Below are positions 1-12,498 of a stretch of DNA of 64,000 nucleotides, piece by piece. Numbering within the stretch: position 1 is the stretch's first letter; the number at the start of each line of letters is the position of its first letter. Location: NCBI GenBank assembly GCA_031407385.1, contig JANOIH010000014.1, positions 1,555 to 65,554 of the forward strand. Direction: 5' to 3'. Under the pieces are notes generated by a model. That model had not been told where the DNA came from. It made no database searches and was given only the letters and a program-made list of their open reading frames with translations. Origin of the DNA: Candidatus Altimarinota bacterium. Its GTDB lineage: Bacteria; Patescibacteriota; Gracilibacteria; BD1-5; UBA2023. A program made the position numbers and the translations under genes.

Positions 1-766
1 TCCCTGGGTGAGAGTTGGACTTGTTCGTCATAGCGGCAGTCGTGGCAGTCGAGGATATCAGTCCGCCGACCGCACCTGAGGCGATGATGCCACCCTTGTC
101 ACCGAGTACCTTGGACAGGATATACCCGACATACTCGACACCGACCATGATCACGACGAAGAACCAGACACTGAACGGGTTAAAAAAATGCATCTGCAGG
201 ACTGGATGTGTCCATGCAAGACTGGTTCCTGTGAGATGGGATATCATCTCGACTATAGAGAACTTCTGATCTGGGAGGAGTGGGAGGACGACGAGCGAGA
301 TCACGGCGAACTTCAGACTATTGCCGAGTTCTTCACGGGAAAATTTCTCTTTGAGGCTATTGAGAGAATCCTTCGATGAGAGGAGGATGAGGAATCCGAT
401 GGCGACCATCACCGCAAAAGTATACATCTGCATCATCGCGATCACCCCGATGAAGTACGTAATTAGGGCTGCGTACTCACTCGTGGCTCCTATCTTGCCC
501 TTCGCAAAAGAAGAATATGTATATGAGATGATAATAAGGGTAGCTGACAGTATCGCTCCTCAGAGTATCCACGTATGGCTGCCAAGTGTACTATCGAGCC
601 ATGTCATGAGGGCACCGAAGAAGGCAATCGAAGCATAGGTACGTATGCCACCGAAGTCACTGGCACCACCTGGCTTGGTTCCGCGGCGAGGGAGCTCACG
701 CTCGATACCGATGAGTGCTCCGAGTGAGAGTGCGAGGAGGAACGCGATAAAGACTGATTGGTCCAT
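1..766 (-). CDS. MgtC/SapB-family membrane protein with DUF4010-like continuation (3' end off window)
   Basis: N-terminus MDQSVFIAFLLALSLGALIGIERE fits the MgtC family. The frame stays open from 766 to position 2 when TGA at 560-562 is read as Gly. Hydrophobic throughout. Confidence 0.7.
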
Positions 767-795
767 GATAGGGAAAGTTAGAGATTTAGCATTTT

Positions 796-3700
796 TTAGT
801 AATCCAGCGAGAGCCCGAACTGTACAGTTCCATTGTAGTCACCAGCCTTCTGCATGAAGTCGACCTGTGCTCCGTATTTGATACGGTAAGTGAAGGTATT
901 GCGTTCCCCATTGGAGTTGATACTCTTCGCGACTGTAGCGAGGGTCGTGTTCGGTGAATATGTGATGATCGTGCCGAGGAACGCAGTACCGTTCCAGAGG
1001 TCATATCCGACACCGTATGTGCCGTTCCAGTAGTTGATCGTATCCCCAGATGGAATCGCGAGGGGACTCGTCGGAGCACTCGTGAGTGCGAATCCTGCTC
1101 CCACAGTCTTCAGCGTGACGATCAGCTCGCCCGTTCCGAAGGTGGTGATGTTCTGGGTGATATTGCCGATATTATAGGTATCAGCGCTGATTGTCCACTC
1201 GATCGCATCGACATAATATGTAAAACTCCGTGTAGTAGTATTGTCAGCTGTATCGGCTACCGAGATATCGAATCGGTATTTGCCAAATGGGAGTCCTGCG
1301 ATCGTGAGATTGCCTGTTGATGTAGTATTGCCCGATGTGCTCATATAGGTCGGTGCGAGATCAGTCACTCCCCATGCACCCACTCCATCCCAGGCATAGA
1401 TCCGTCCTGTGAATGATGCTGTATTGATAGTGGAACCTGTATCACTATAGGTGACAGTGAGAGGGAAGTTGCCGATCGGGAGGAGTACCCCAGATGCAAT
1501 AGAGATCGATGTGATCACAGGTGCGATAGTGTCACCAGCGGATTGCCCGAATGTGATATACTGCATATCGGCGATATTCACTATGAATTCCCAATTTGCT
1601 CCAACGAGTGTACCCGTATAGATACTAGATCCTGTTGCGAATACACTATTGTTATCAACGAACATATAGAGGGGACTGATAGCACCTACGGGTAACGCAG
1701 ATACTGGGTATGAGACCTTCACATTACCGATATCGATATTCTTCTCTTGGAATTGCCACTCACGAGCGATATGCTGATATCCAGGTGGAGAATCCAATAC
1801 AGAAAAACTACTTGTTGTAGCTCCATCGTTGGCCCAGATGAGTGACTGGTAGTTAGATCCGATTGCACCGACCGTATTCACGATGATATCCCCAGTATTA
1901 TTGACGGATTGTGACTTCACTTGTGAGAGTGAGGAGATATCATCACGAGCGATACCCGCGATATCATTTTTGAACAATCATACAATAGCACTATTCCAGG
2001 CCACATTGCCATTTGAGAGAGTATAGTTCAGGGCTGTTTTCTGATCGAGAGTGATACCATACTTGATGGCAAGGTATGACTCGACCTTGTTGCGTGGGAC
2101 TCAGGTGAGCTCGGTCGGATAGATGATGATCTCCCCCACATTCGCGAGTGTGGAGTTCGTTGCAACACTGCGTCCGATCCCGATACTTGCTCCGACAAAA
2201 GCGGTTGCGACTGCAGCATTCGTGAGAGTCTGGAGTCCATCGGTACGATTGGTCGCTGCCCCACCAGTGGCACGAGAGGTGCTCGTGATATCTACAGTGC
2301 CAGCTCATCTGAGATTCGCACCATTGTAGATGACTGTTCCAATATATCGAGCGAGTCGATCTATGGTCGGTGATGTACTCCAGTCAAGAGCATTGGCTAC
2401 TGCGGTCTGCGGTCCGATGAGGAACGATCCTCCTGCTCCGATTCGAGTTGCTGTGAAGACTGAGGCTGCGGCTGTCGTCACGCTGAGATTGCTATTGGTA
2501 TTGAGTGATGCTGCATTGAAATAGAGTGTCGGATTGTAGTTCATCTGATTCGTCGTGTCGTAGGTGACCGTCCCGAGTCCGGTGACCGCATTGGCAGCTA
2601 TGATCGATCCACTATTGTTCCAGGTCGTGATTGTACAACCATTGGTACTACAGTTTTTGTTTCCATTTGCCTTGAGCCAGAGTGTTGCTCCCGTCATACC
2701 ACCTGGAGCAAAAGTGAGGGTCGCAGCGACTACTGCATTGGATGCAAAGGCGGTATTGTTGGTCGTATTGGAATCTCCAGGATTCGAGAGTGAGAGATTG
2801 AACGTGACGGTCGTCCCACCAGCTGCTGGAGCAGGTACCACCGAGATATAAAAAGTCTCCGTTCAGAGGGTGGCTATCGCTGTCGTCTTGGTACAAGTGA
2901 CGGTCGTCGTCACCTGAGCCCCACATGACCATCCGTTGTCTACAAAAGCGGTAGATGGACCTGAGATATTGGCTGGGAGAGTCAATACCAGTGTATGGAC
3001 GCCACTCGAGGTCATATTTCCCGCATTGGTCACGGTGATCGGGAGTCTTGAAGTGTATCCAGTCGTGAGCGGTCACTCGGGTTGTCCGATACCCGGTACG
3101 AGATCTACGACATTGGCCGTGATATAGGGGAGTGTTCTCCATTCGATCGCACCCGAATAGGTACCGGGTGTAGTGCCAAAATTCCATTCCACACCGAATC
3201 CGAGATCGCCGGCTGTTTTTTGGATAGTATTATTGAAGTCTGTTCCTCAGCTGATACGCGTATTGATCGTACCATAGGGTGAGACCTCTTCTGCCGTCCA
3301 CATAGCACCAGAGAGATATCTGATCGCGGATGTTTGATTTTTGACAGTGTCATAGACTCCGATCGTACGACTCGGTGCGGATCCTGTATACCCGAGATCG
3401 TTGGCATCATCTCCACCCGCCATAGAGTCGTTGCCGAGATAGAACCGGACATTGTTCGTATTCCCTGTTGGGATCGTGAGACTATAGTTGATGGTGAAGA
3501 ACTTGTTCGGAGCGAGATACTGCCAGTTGAGTATGAGCGTATAGGTAAATGCTCCAACGAGGCGAGTAAGTGTCGTTGTTCCGTTGTAGGTATTCCCGTT
3601 TTGACTCCCGGTCGTGCTCGCAGTCGTCCAGTTGTTCGCCTCGCTCCAGTAGGTCGTCGCACCGATACGCAGAGCGATCCAGTTGTCGAGAGTCGCATTA

Positions 3701-4764
3701 CATCCTGTGGTAGCAGGAGGATTGCCGGTATACATATTCACCGCCCCATTGTAGTAGAGCTGGAATTGCCCACAGTCTCCGATGATGAGCTTGATATCAT
3801 TGGATCCCACGACTCCTCCATTGGTATTCATGGTGAATGTCGATGCACCACAGGTGTAGAATGTGATCTTTCCATTTTTGACGACTGCCTGTGATCCTGG
3901 CTTGGACGCAGAGCCATCAGTGTTACATGTGGTCGTCGCATCGACGGAGAGACCAACAGTATGGAAGTCTGCATCTCCAGCATGCTCAGTCATGAGATCG
4001 ATAGCGATCCCATCAGATGCGTTCGGTATATCGATCGTAATTGCTACAGGAGATGAGAATATGAGATGCGTACCTGAGAGTCCGAACTCAAATCCCTGTG
4101 GACTTGCCTGTGCGAGCCCCTTCTTGGTAGTACCACGATTTTTCATCTTTTTTTCGTATCTTTTTTTAGCCTTTGCTCGCTCTCCATCTGCTATATTCGC
4201 GATATCAAGGACACTCGCATCGAGAACAAGACCAGTCGAGGTCGTGATGATCGTTCCTGGTGTGATACTGGTACGGATCGTCCCACGAGTACTACTGACC
4301 TTGCGTTCCTGCTGTATGCGTCCTGTGGTATCGATCTGCTCACTGATACTGGGTGACTGGTATGACGCGAGGAATCCAGCCATCACGCTATCCATGGAGA
4401 ATATCTGTCCAGCAAGTGGATCTGTGACGAATCCTGGAATCATCGATGGCGTGAGTATATCCTCTGAACTACGACTGGCGATATAGGTCTCGCGCTCTGC
4501 GAGCATCACACTTGCCGACACAGTGAGTGCTTCTGTGGGGATGATTGCCTCTGGTATCTCGACTGGAGTCACTATCTCATATGCTTGTTTCTCTGCTATG
4601 AGTGAAGCGAAGTCGTCTGTGGGTTCACTCAGTGCACTACTCATACTCGGGAGTGCATCGAGTGAGTTGACCACTGTATCATCCGCCCATGCAACAGACC
4701 CATATTCTCAGAAGAGTAGGGTGAGGAGGAGAACGTATGTTATATATTTTCGAACAGATATCAT
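796..4764 (-). CDS. large secreted surface/adhesin-like protein (about 1322 aa)
   Basis: Track ORFs 796-1977, 2305-2841 and 3247-4674 are all in one frame. I checked every codon and found about 7 in-frame TGA and no TAA/TAG. N-terminus [27 protein letters not shown] looks like a signal peptide (alternative ATG at 4794). Thr/Asn/Gly-rich beta-type sequence. TAA stop at 796-798. Confidence 0.75.
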
Positions 4765-4859
4765 ACAAGAATTGTACCATATCTGAGTATCCATCACAAT
4801 TCCTGGTATCAAAAATGCCAAGGTTTTTCCTTGACACTTGTTATTCCACTATTGCTATA

Positions 4860-5912
4860 CTAGACTTCTGAGAGACTACTAACGCGTGAGAAGTCCCGGA
4901 TGCTGTTTTTTACTGAATCAAGTGAGATCGCTCATCGCTTGTAGAGATGGATGAGGTCATCATCCATGAGCATCATCCCCTCTTGCTTCGACGTCTCGAG
5001 CACTGAGTACATATGCTGTGTATCACCACGGATGATGAGGTTGCGGATGGAGTCACTGTTGAACATGATCTCACGAGCCACCACACGACCTCACTTATCC
5101 TTGCGTGGGAGGAGTATCTGCGAGAGGATCATGCGCATAGCGAGACCGAACTGCATACGGATCTGGTTCTGCTTGTCCACAGGGAACGACTGGATGATAC
5201 GATCGATCGTCTGGACCGTATCGTTGTTGTGGAGCGTCGAGAAGACGAGATGCCCCGTCTCTGCGAGTGTGATCGCTGCCTCGATCGTCTCCAGGTCGCG
5301 CATCTCACCGATGACGATGATATCTGGATCCTCACGCAGGATCGATCGGATCCCATCCGGGAAGGTATCGAACTGCTTGCCGAGCTCGCGCTGATGCACG
5401 AGAGAGAGTTTGTTCTGATGGACGAACTCGATCGGATCTTCGAGCATGATGATATGCTTCTTGCTGTGTGTGTTTATATGGTCGAGCATGGCAGCCATAG
5501 TCGTCGACTTACCACTTCCTGTCGGTCCCGTGATGAGGATGATCCCCTTATCCTTGGTCCCGAAGTTCAGTAGTGACGCTGGGAGCATGATATCCTCAGG
5601 CTTCGGTATGACGGTTGGGATGGTACGGAAGGCGAGCGTCACACCATGCAGTACTCGTGATATATTCACACGGAAGCGAGTCGTCTTGTACTCGAACGAC
5701 AGGTCCACTGTCTTCTCAGTGAAGTCCCGAGAGAGCAAGAGTGTACAGATATCCTTGATATCATCACTCCCGAGCCTCCCAAAAGACTCTACAGGAACAA
5801 TATCTCCCACTTTATCTCGTATATATGGATAGTCATCTGGTGTGATATGGAGATCAGAGATCTTTTCTCGGATGATCTCATCGATAAGTGTGAGGAATTT
5901 GGAGAGTTGCAT
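4860..5912 (-). CDS. pilT: type IV pilus retraction ATPase PilT
   Basis: Walker A GPTGSGKST, Asp box DPDIIVIGEMRD and His box TGHLVFSTLH. ORF 5091-5912 continues through TGA at 5091-5093 to TAG at 4860-4862, giving 350 aa, the typical PilT length. Confidence 0.88.
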
Positions 5913-5954
5913 GAGAAAGGAGGCTAAGGCTAATGATAAAATCTAAGAGCGGAA

Positions 5955-6842
5955 TTATTTTTTCTCTATAGTGAAAGAAGTGACCCCATAACCTATAATA
6001 TAACTTCCATACTCTATATCGAGTGTATATGACGTAAGAGGAGACTCAGTATCTGACGTACCTGTGGCTTCGAGATATGCCTCTGTCATCATACGTATCT
6101 CACTATCAGACACCTTCGCCGCGATCGTCCACTGCTCATAGTCTCTTATCATATCGAGATCATGTGCTGCAGCGAGATAGGGGGCGAACCATGCCTGCGG
6201 TGATACATTGGCATAGGTTGTCTCAGTCTCATCACCGTCGAATACGAAGGTATCATCTTCAAAATATCCAGGCAACTCGATTCCCTCGTCAAACATCGTA
6301 AATAAGAACATGAGCATCTCTTCGCGAGTGGTATAGTCTTTGCCTGAGAAGTATGACCCGAGGAACTCAGTCGCACAGTACTTCGCCATATTGCGGAGCT
6401 CATCCTCAGTGCTTGCCTCTATCATATCACCGTCTGGTCCAAAGCTCGCATCTGTCTCTGATCTGACACACTCTGAGTAGTTCGTTGCTCCCATGACTGT
6501 GTCATATCCGTCTGCGTTCGCACTCGTCTCGAGAGGTGTCCCGATGTACATCGCAGGTGTGATGAAGTTGGCGATCTCACCTGTCCAAGTGAATCCCTGG
6601 AGCATAGGAGTACGATGGATCAGTTCCCATGCAGTATACTCAGTCTGGTAGATCGGAGTGAGGTTCTGTCTGTACATAGCAACTGGTGCAGACTCTAGGG
6701 TGATAGCACTTTCTGTGTCAGATATGATAGCATCTACTTGTGCGAGTGAGGCATCGATCGTCCCAGTTGCAGCATCAGCGAAGCTCACTGTAGTATGCAG
6801 ACAGACGAGTGTCCAGAAGCAGTAGAAGGCGATAGTTTTCAT
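5955..6842 (-). CDS. secreted hypothetical protein
   Basis: Intact 295-aa ORF with N-terminal signal-like MKTIAFYCFWTLVCLHTTVSFADA and a TAA stop. Confidence 0.6.
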   Translation of the reverse strand: MKTIAFYCFWTLVCLHTTVSFADAATGTIDASLAQVDAIISDTESAITLESAPVAMYRQNLTPIYQTEYTAWELIHRTPMLQGFTWTGEIANFITPAMYIGTPLETSANADGYDTVMGATNYSECVRSETDASFGPDGDMIEASTEDELRNMAKYCATEFLGSYFSGKDYTTREEMLMFLFTMFDEGIELPGYFEDDTFVFDGDETETTYANVSPQAWFAPYLAAAHDLDMIRDYEQWTIAAKVSDSEIRMMTEAYLEATGTSDTESPLTSYTLDIEYGSYIIGYGVTSFTIEKK

Positions 6843-6986
6843 AGAGAAAAGGTAAAATTACCCCTACAGCCTATCACAATCTCTCTACAAAAAGCAAAGG
6901 AAGCGTACCTAATTGGTGAGAAAAAGAATTGACAAGTAGGAATAAAACGTATTATATAATTCAATTTATTTTTTGAGATATGCTAT

Positions 6987-7448
6987 ATGGCCTTTAAGTC
7001 TTTTGGAATCAGTTTCGGTCATATGCGGGATAACCCTTCGGATGTTCGTATACTTGAACAACCTGCGAGTCTTCAGATGAACATAGTTGGGGCTCGCGTA
7101 AGTATGGTTAATTGAGAACCAGTTTCTAGTTATACAGATGTGGAGACTATTATGGATTCCATAAAGAGAGATACCCTTACATTAACTGTCCATCCAGTAG
7201 AAAATACTAAAGGATGTGTATTTGATAGATGATTGAATCAAGAGCTTATTGGCGTTACACTTCCAAAAATAATCTTTCCTAAGATTATAGGATGTGCCGT
7301 AGCACAAAACCCATGATATAAACCCTTAAAGGAGGCAGATAATGCTAAGTGGAATCAGATGGCCAATGTGCAAATATGTAAAGTATGTGATACGGTTAAA
7401 ATTGCGCTTACAAGACCTATGCCAAGTAAGGAGATTATTCAGGGCTAA
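6987..7448 (+). CDS. small hypothetical protein, possibly PDZ-like (AT-rich gene)
   Basis: 153 codons are open only if 3 in-frame TGA are sense. The segment VGARVSMVNGEPVSSYTDVETIMDSIKRDTLTLTV resembles a PDZ fold. TTGACA/TATAAT-like promoter about 60 nt upstream. TAA stop. Confidence 0.4.
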
Positions 7449-7486
7449 TATATTTTTAGAAGCTTAATAAAAGCCAATAATAAAAC

Positions 7487-7515
7487 ACCATCAGTTATTC
7501 CGATGGTATTTTTTG
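7487..7515. terminator. bidirectional hairpin between convergent genes
   Basis: ACCATC (7487-7492) pairs with GATGGT (7502-7507). An A-run lies before it and a T-run after it. It overlaps the last codons of the minus-strand methylthiotransferase gene. Confidence 0.4.
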
Positions 7516-8865
7516 TAATATGTTCCTATATATCCCCTTCACGACTTTCCCTCGTGCTATCTCCTGATCGGGATACGGCTCGAAGTTGGTCTCGTCACAG
7601 GCGAGATAGTTCTCTGTCCATCATGAGAACTGTGCTCACTCGGGATTCCTCCACGTATAGGGGAGGTTAGATGGGGTACCCCCTCCGACTCCCCCTATAA
7701 GGGGGAGAGGTTTCGACACCTTCTCTACCAGCACTCTCACCTCGTGTCCCACTGTCTCCTCTGCCCACTTCTCGAATACCTCTGCTCCTGCCTTCTGGAG
7801 GGTCTTGATCCGAGACTGAGCGATATGGTTCGGTACTTGGTCGGGGTATATACCTGCAGGTACCGAGTAGTGATCGATATGCGCTGAGAAGGGGAAGGCA
7901 TGCAGTTGGGAGATCTGGTATCATTCCACGCACTCGAGTGTATCTGCGAAGTCCACATCACTCTCGCCTGGGAATCCCACTATGAGATCGGCCCCGATAT
8001 TGAGACTCATGCCGTCACTTCGCTGGATTTGTCTGAGCTTCGCCAATACTTCCCGTACTCGCGCGCCGTCATAGTGTCGGTTCATCGCTCGCAGTATAGC
8101 TGTCGATCCTGACTGGATCGAGAGGTGTGCGTATGCGACGATACGAGGCTGCGCAAAAAGAGCAATGAGTGCATCACTACAGAACTCGACACCGAGTGAG
8201 GAGATACGCAGTCGCTCCAGTGTTGTTTTCTCGAGTACGGCTCGGATGAGTTCGACCAATCGAGACTCATCGTAGTTGTTGGACGTGGTTGATCCCCATG
8301 CACCGAGGTTGATCCCCGTGAAAACGACCTCCTTCCCTCCACCCGCTACGAACTCTCGGATCTCCTCGAGTATCTCCTCCATCGCTCTATACTTGTGTCG
8401 TCCGCGCGCTTGCACCGTGAGACAGAAGGTACAGAAGTTATCACACCCCGTCTGGATCACCATGTATTTGCGAGTGAAGAGCTCCCGCCCGGCGATCTTC
8501 CTCAGGGATCGGAGCTTCGTCTTCATCATCTCCTTTTTCTCCTCGGGCGTCACACTGTAGTCATCTGGATCCTCTGGCAGTATCTCTATGGCATCACTAT
8601 ACGGAGCGAGTTCACTATATACTTCGTAAAATCTCGGGTCCACCACACCATCTCGGATATTGCCACAACCAGAGAGGTAGAGCTTTTCGGTGGTCTTGAT
8701 TTTTGGCAGTATACGCTTCGCGTGCTTGACCCACTTCGCCTTTGCCTTGTCGGTGACGACACATGACGCGATAAAATATCACTCCTTATCCGAGAGGTGC
8801 GGGTGGACGAGCCACCTTTCTGCGAAATATTTGTTGGTTTTACAGCCGAAAACTTTGAATTCCAT
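7495..8865 (-). CDS. radical-SAM methylthiotransferase, MiaB/MtaB family, with C-terminal TRAM-like domain
   Basis: N-terminus MEFKVFGCKTNKY, radical-SAM CDNFCTFC, and C-terminal GWTENYLACD. ORF 7921-8646 extends both ways through TGA codons. Frame checked codon by codon down to TAA at 7495-7497. 456 aa. Confidence 0.85.
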
Positions 8866-8906
8866 GCATGAGAATGTATGGAAAAGTAGAGAAAAGGCAA
8901 AAAATT

Positions 8907-8935
8907 TTGACTTTACTCACACCTCTCTATATTAT
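8907..8935 (+). promoter_or_regulatory. sigma70-like promoter
   Basis: TTGACT (8907-8912) followed by a TATATTAT -10 region, about 50 nt upstream of the ATG at 8986. Confidence 0.4.
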
Positions 8936-8985
8936 CACCAACGCTTTTCGAAATCGTCCATTTTTACTCATCTATAAGGAATCCT

Positions 8986-9909
8986 ATGTCAAAAAACGTC
9001 TATACTATTGCTACTATCTGCGTCATCACGAGCATCATCGGTGCTATCTACTATACGAGTTCTTATGTCTCTCATGACTCTGTAAGGCTATCAAATACCA
9101 ATACAGGACTCATAACTGATCTCGCGAGTTCGTTCGGTAGTGGTGGGAATACGAGTAGTGGAATTGTATTCGATACAGCACCAACACAGCCAACCTGGGA
9201 AACTAGTTCGGGTAAAGAGATATTCTTCAACACGAATTGGATGGGGCGAGTTGTAACTATACAAGGTAAACCCGCTCATTACCAATTCGGTAGTGGAAAT
9301 CCTCTAGAGTTCGATAAGAGTCGTGAAGAGATTATACAGATCAATAAGAAATGCCGTCTTGCTCAGAGTGCTGAGGAATCTATAGCATGTAATCAATATC
9401 TCGGACAAGGAGAATCACTCAGTGATATTACCCTACCCGATGGCACGGAAGGACTCAGTTATGCATCGCGTATGACTCCTGAGATCGAGTATCTTGTATA
9501 CTCGTTCCTCTCGAATCCTGTTATTCGTCAGAGTAGTGAGAAGTGTGGTGAATTCTTTTGGAAAGATGGGAATGAAGGTGCGCCGTTTTATAATAATGAA
9601 ACCATGCATGAAGATATGGGTGAAGTGATGCCAGAGGATTGGTGGAAGCCATACAGGATCGATATCAATCAACTGATCGTCATCAATCCGAATACTGGCA
9701 GGAAGGAACTCAATCCGAACCCAATATGGACGCTGAGAACACAAATTCTCTTTCCCCCAGTGACTTATGGAAAGGCGGGAAATTATACCAATATCAAACT
9801 CACAAATTGTCTCTCAAAAAATAATATCCTCACGCCACTTCAGGCTCATGTCGATCGTCACTATCGTGAACTCATATGGCTCTGGAGGGAGTATAAAGTG
9901 GAAGCATAA
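8986..9909 (+). CDS. membrane-anchored hypothetical protein
   Basis: Intact 307-aa ORF with N-terminal transmembrane segment YTIATICVITSIIGAIYY and a TAA stop. Confidence 0.6.
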   Translation: MSKNVYTIATICVITSIIGAIYYTSSYVSHDSVRLSNTNTGLITDLASSFGSGGNTSSGIVFDTAPTQPTWETSSGKEIFFNTNWMGRVVTIQGKPAHYQFGSGNPLEFDKSREEIIQINKKCRLAQSAEESIACNQYLGQGESLSDITLPDGTEGLSYASRMTPEIEYLVYSFLSNPVIRQSSEKCGEFFWKDGNEGAPFYNNETMHEDMGEVMPEDWWKPYRIDINQLIVINPNTGRKELNPNPIWTLRTQILFPPVTYGKAGNYTNIKLTNCLSKNNILTPLQAHVDRHYRELIWLWREYKVEA

Positions 9910-9996
9910 TACAATAACCCCGATACGCAGTGATGCGCCCGGGGCATTTTTTTGTCTTTCACTTTTCAAATATACAAAATTCAATACACTCCTATC

Positions 9997-11181
9997 ATGT
10001 ACTCCCTCCGCTTTCTTTTCTTCGCATTGCCACTGTATTTTTCCCATATCTTCATGTCTTTTGGCTGGATTATATGAGAAAGTGCCTCTTTTGAAAGACA
10101 AAAGATGTACTTTTTCCTCATCTGTCTGGTGCTGATCCTCGCCGAACTCGCGATCACGAGATGACGACTCGTCATCGAGAGACTCATAGAGTACGCACCG
10201 ATACTTTTCTTCGCTCTCCTCTTGCCACTCGTATCTCTGCTTGTATGGTGAGGTGATATCGACTCATACTGGATCCGCGGCAGCTATGAGAAGTTCCATG
10301 GATATCTCCTCTATAGTGGGATCATCGTACTCACGTTCGCCCTCTCACTGCAGAGTGCAGGAGAAAAAAGAAAACTCATACACGCAACACTCTGCGCGAG
10401 CATGATCGTCTCGGTGATCGCACTCATCGAGGCAAGTGGCGTAGAGGTTTTCTTCACTCGGCGTGCTGACGTCTGGTGAGGGTGACTGCGCACCATCTCG
10501 ACCCTTGGCAATCCGAACTATCTCGCAGGATACCTGCTCCTCTGTCTGCCTCTCGCCCGCATGATCCGCTCCCCAGAGAGACCTATTCTCATACTCCTCA
10601 TAGCAGCCGCACTCATCACGACAGGCAGCTATATCGGTATGGCGATCATGGGGATGTATGGGATATATATGATGCTCGGGTGGATATTCGCCAGATACTT
10701 CCAGAATATAGATAAAAAAATACCGTCTATCATCACGGTGGTTATCGGAGTTCTCTTTCTAGTTGTGTGATACGCGTTCCTCCCTCCAGACAAGCTCCTC
10801 TCTCTCACGAGCAGGTGGGTGCTCATGCGTGAGATCTGGACAGAACTCGTCCGATATCCGCTCAGTCTGATCACGGGATATGGTCCTGAGAGTGTCCTGA
10901 GGTTCTTCATGGACTCGCGCGCCCCTATCGTAGATGCCTACTTTCCAGCTGACAGTATGATCGACTCCTCGCACAATACACTCCTCGATATCCTCTTCCA
11001 GTATGGACTCGCGCCACTCGCCCTCATCTGATGGTACCTCGTCCGTAACCGTCACGATTGGCATCCATACGCTCGTGAATCCGCGATACTCGGTATCGCC
11101 TTCCTCATGTTGAATCCATATGTCGTCATGCATCTCGTCCTCCTCTCACTGACACTCACATACCATGGAGATAAAAGATAG
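9997..11181 (+). CDS. O-antigen ligase/polymerase-like (Wzy_C) integral membrane protein
   Basis: Motifs STLGNPNYLAGYLL and SSHNTLLDILFQYG. Fragments 10561-10770 and 10819-11031 plus upstream pieces share one frame and are joined by about 8 TGA codons. TAG stop at 11179-11181. Confidence 0.75.
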
Positions 11182-11237
11182 GGATTATTATATCAATAAC
11201 TCAGTGTTTTATTTTATATACTCTTCTAATTTTCTAA

Positions 11238-11729
11238 TCAGGTTCGTGAATATGCTTTAGATATGATTTTGTGTGCTGTTGGATGCTGGTCAGCTAATGC
11301 AGCTATATCACTTGTGACTTTAGCGGATTTATTTGGCATGATAGATGAAAGGCCACCATTTAACGTGGTCGATAGAATCTTATAAAGGCTAGGATTAAGT
11401 TCATTTAATTCATGCGCGTACATGGCGCGAGCATCTATCAAGTCTCCAAAAAAATGCTTTAAGTAATTTAACCCATTCAATTTTTTACCATTTACAGGTT
11501 TACGATCTTTGTACTCCACAGGTTTTGGAATCGTACCGTTGAGCATACCTGCGACTTTACGTTGTCCAAGTTCTGTTTGTCCAAGTTTTCGTATACGAAG
11601 TTCTATTATTCATCATTGCGAATCATGCAGCTCCTTTTGCCAGGTAGATGTTTCCAGGGGTAAATTATTTTCATTATGGTTTCAAAGGTCAGCATTTACT
11701 GTGCCGATGAATTCAGTATATCCAGGCAT
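11238..11729 (-). CDS. hypothetical protein in an AT-rich segment
   Basis: ORF 11238-11546 extends upstream through 3 TGA to ATG at 11727-11729. A further 40-codon ORF starting at 11906 is in the same frame but separated by an in-frame TAG. Confidence 0.4.
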
Positions 11730-11964
11730 ATCAGCGATACTTCCAGAAGCAGGAATTTTGCTAACAAGACTTGCTACTTCACTCTATATACTCGCTAGAA
11801 CAGCACTAAGAGATTCTCATTGCTCTACACGAGCAAGAAAATTGCGCGCGATATCGATATGCTCTTCCTGAGATGAAGAGAGAGGAGCAACTACCTTAGA
11901 AGTCATATATAGAGTATAAATAATATACTCTATATATTCATAAATTTACTTTTGTCAACTCCAT

Positions 11965-12372
11965 CTACCCACCGATCCCTCTCGTCACTACCCAGAGCCA
12001 CTTCTCGGGATTGCTCATGTCTCGAGTTGGGTCGTTGCGAGCCTTTATCGTGTCGGAGATGATAGTACGAGTATCGATATCGGCGTTGCCGTTGATCTCT
12101 TCTTCTGTGACGATGTTGATGACTTCTTCTCCAGGGAGCCTCTTGTTCTGCGTAGACTTGGCCACGAGTGTCTCGTAGGCAGCAGTATGGATGAGGGATG
12201 CGAGGAACTCCTTCTCTGCGTTGCGACGCTCTACGTTGTCACTCTGAGTTTTGAGCGTGTTGGTGAAGCTGTCTGTCTCGTACTCCTGCACCTTATAATA
12301 CCCGATCAGATAGATCAGGTAGACGACGACGGCGATGAGACCGATGAGGATGTAGTGAAAACGGGAATACAA
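11965..12372 (-). CDS. small single-pass membrane protein
   Basis: Intact 135-aa ORF with N-terminal transmembrane segment YILIGLIAVVVYLIYLIGYY. Confidence 0.55.
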   Translation of the reverse strand: MYSRFHYILIGLIAVVVYLIYLIGYYKVQEYETDSFTNTLKTQSDNVERRNAEKEFLASLIHTAAYETLVAKSTQNKRLPGEEVINIVTEEEINGNADIDTRTIISDTIKARNDPTRDMSNPEKWLWVVTRGIGG

Positions 12373-12498
12373 GTGAGGAGGAGATAGATTATAGGAGATA
12401 GGAGATAGCTATGAAACTAAACCCTATTGCTTTTCGGAGTCTTTTTTCTACAATATTCAGAAATCCATAATCTCCAAACGAAAATAACTCCTCCTCCC

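Noticed and set aside
2648-3698. Several 100-200-aa ORFs (2648-3187, 3105-3698, 3334-3894 and others) overlapping the large surface-protein gene.
   Set aside because: They are alternative or antisense frames of one continuous 1322-codon gene. They are Arg/Ser/Cys-rich nonsense without motifs.
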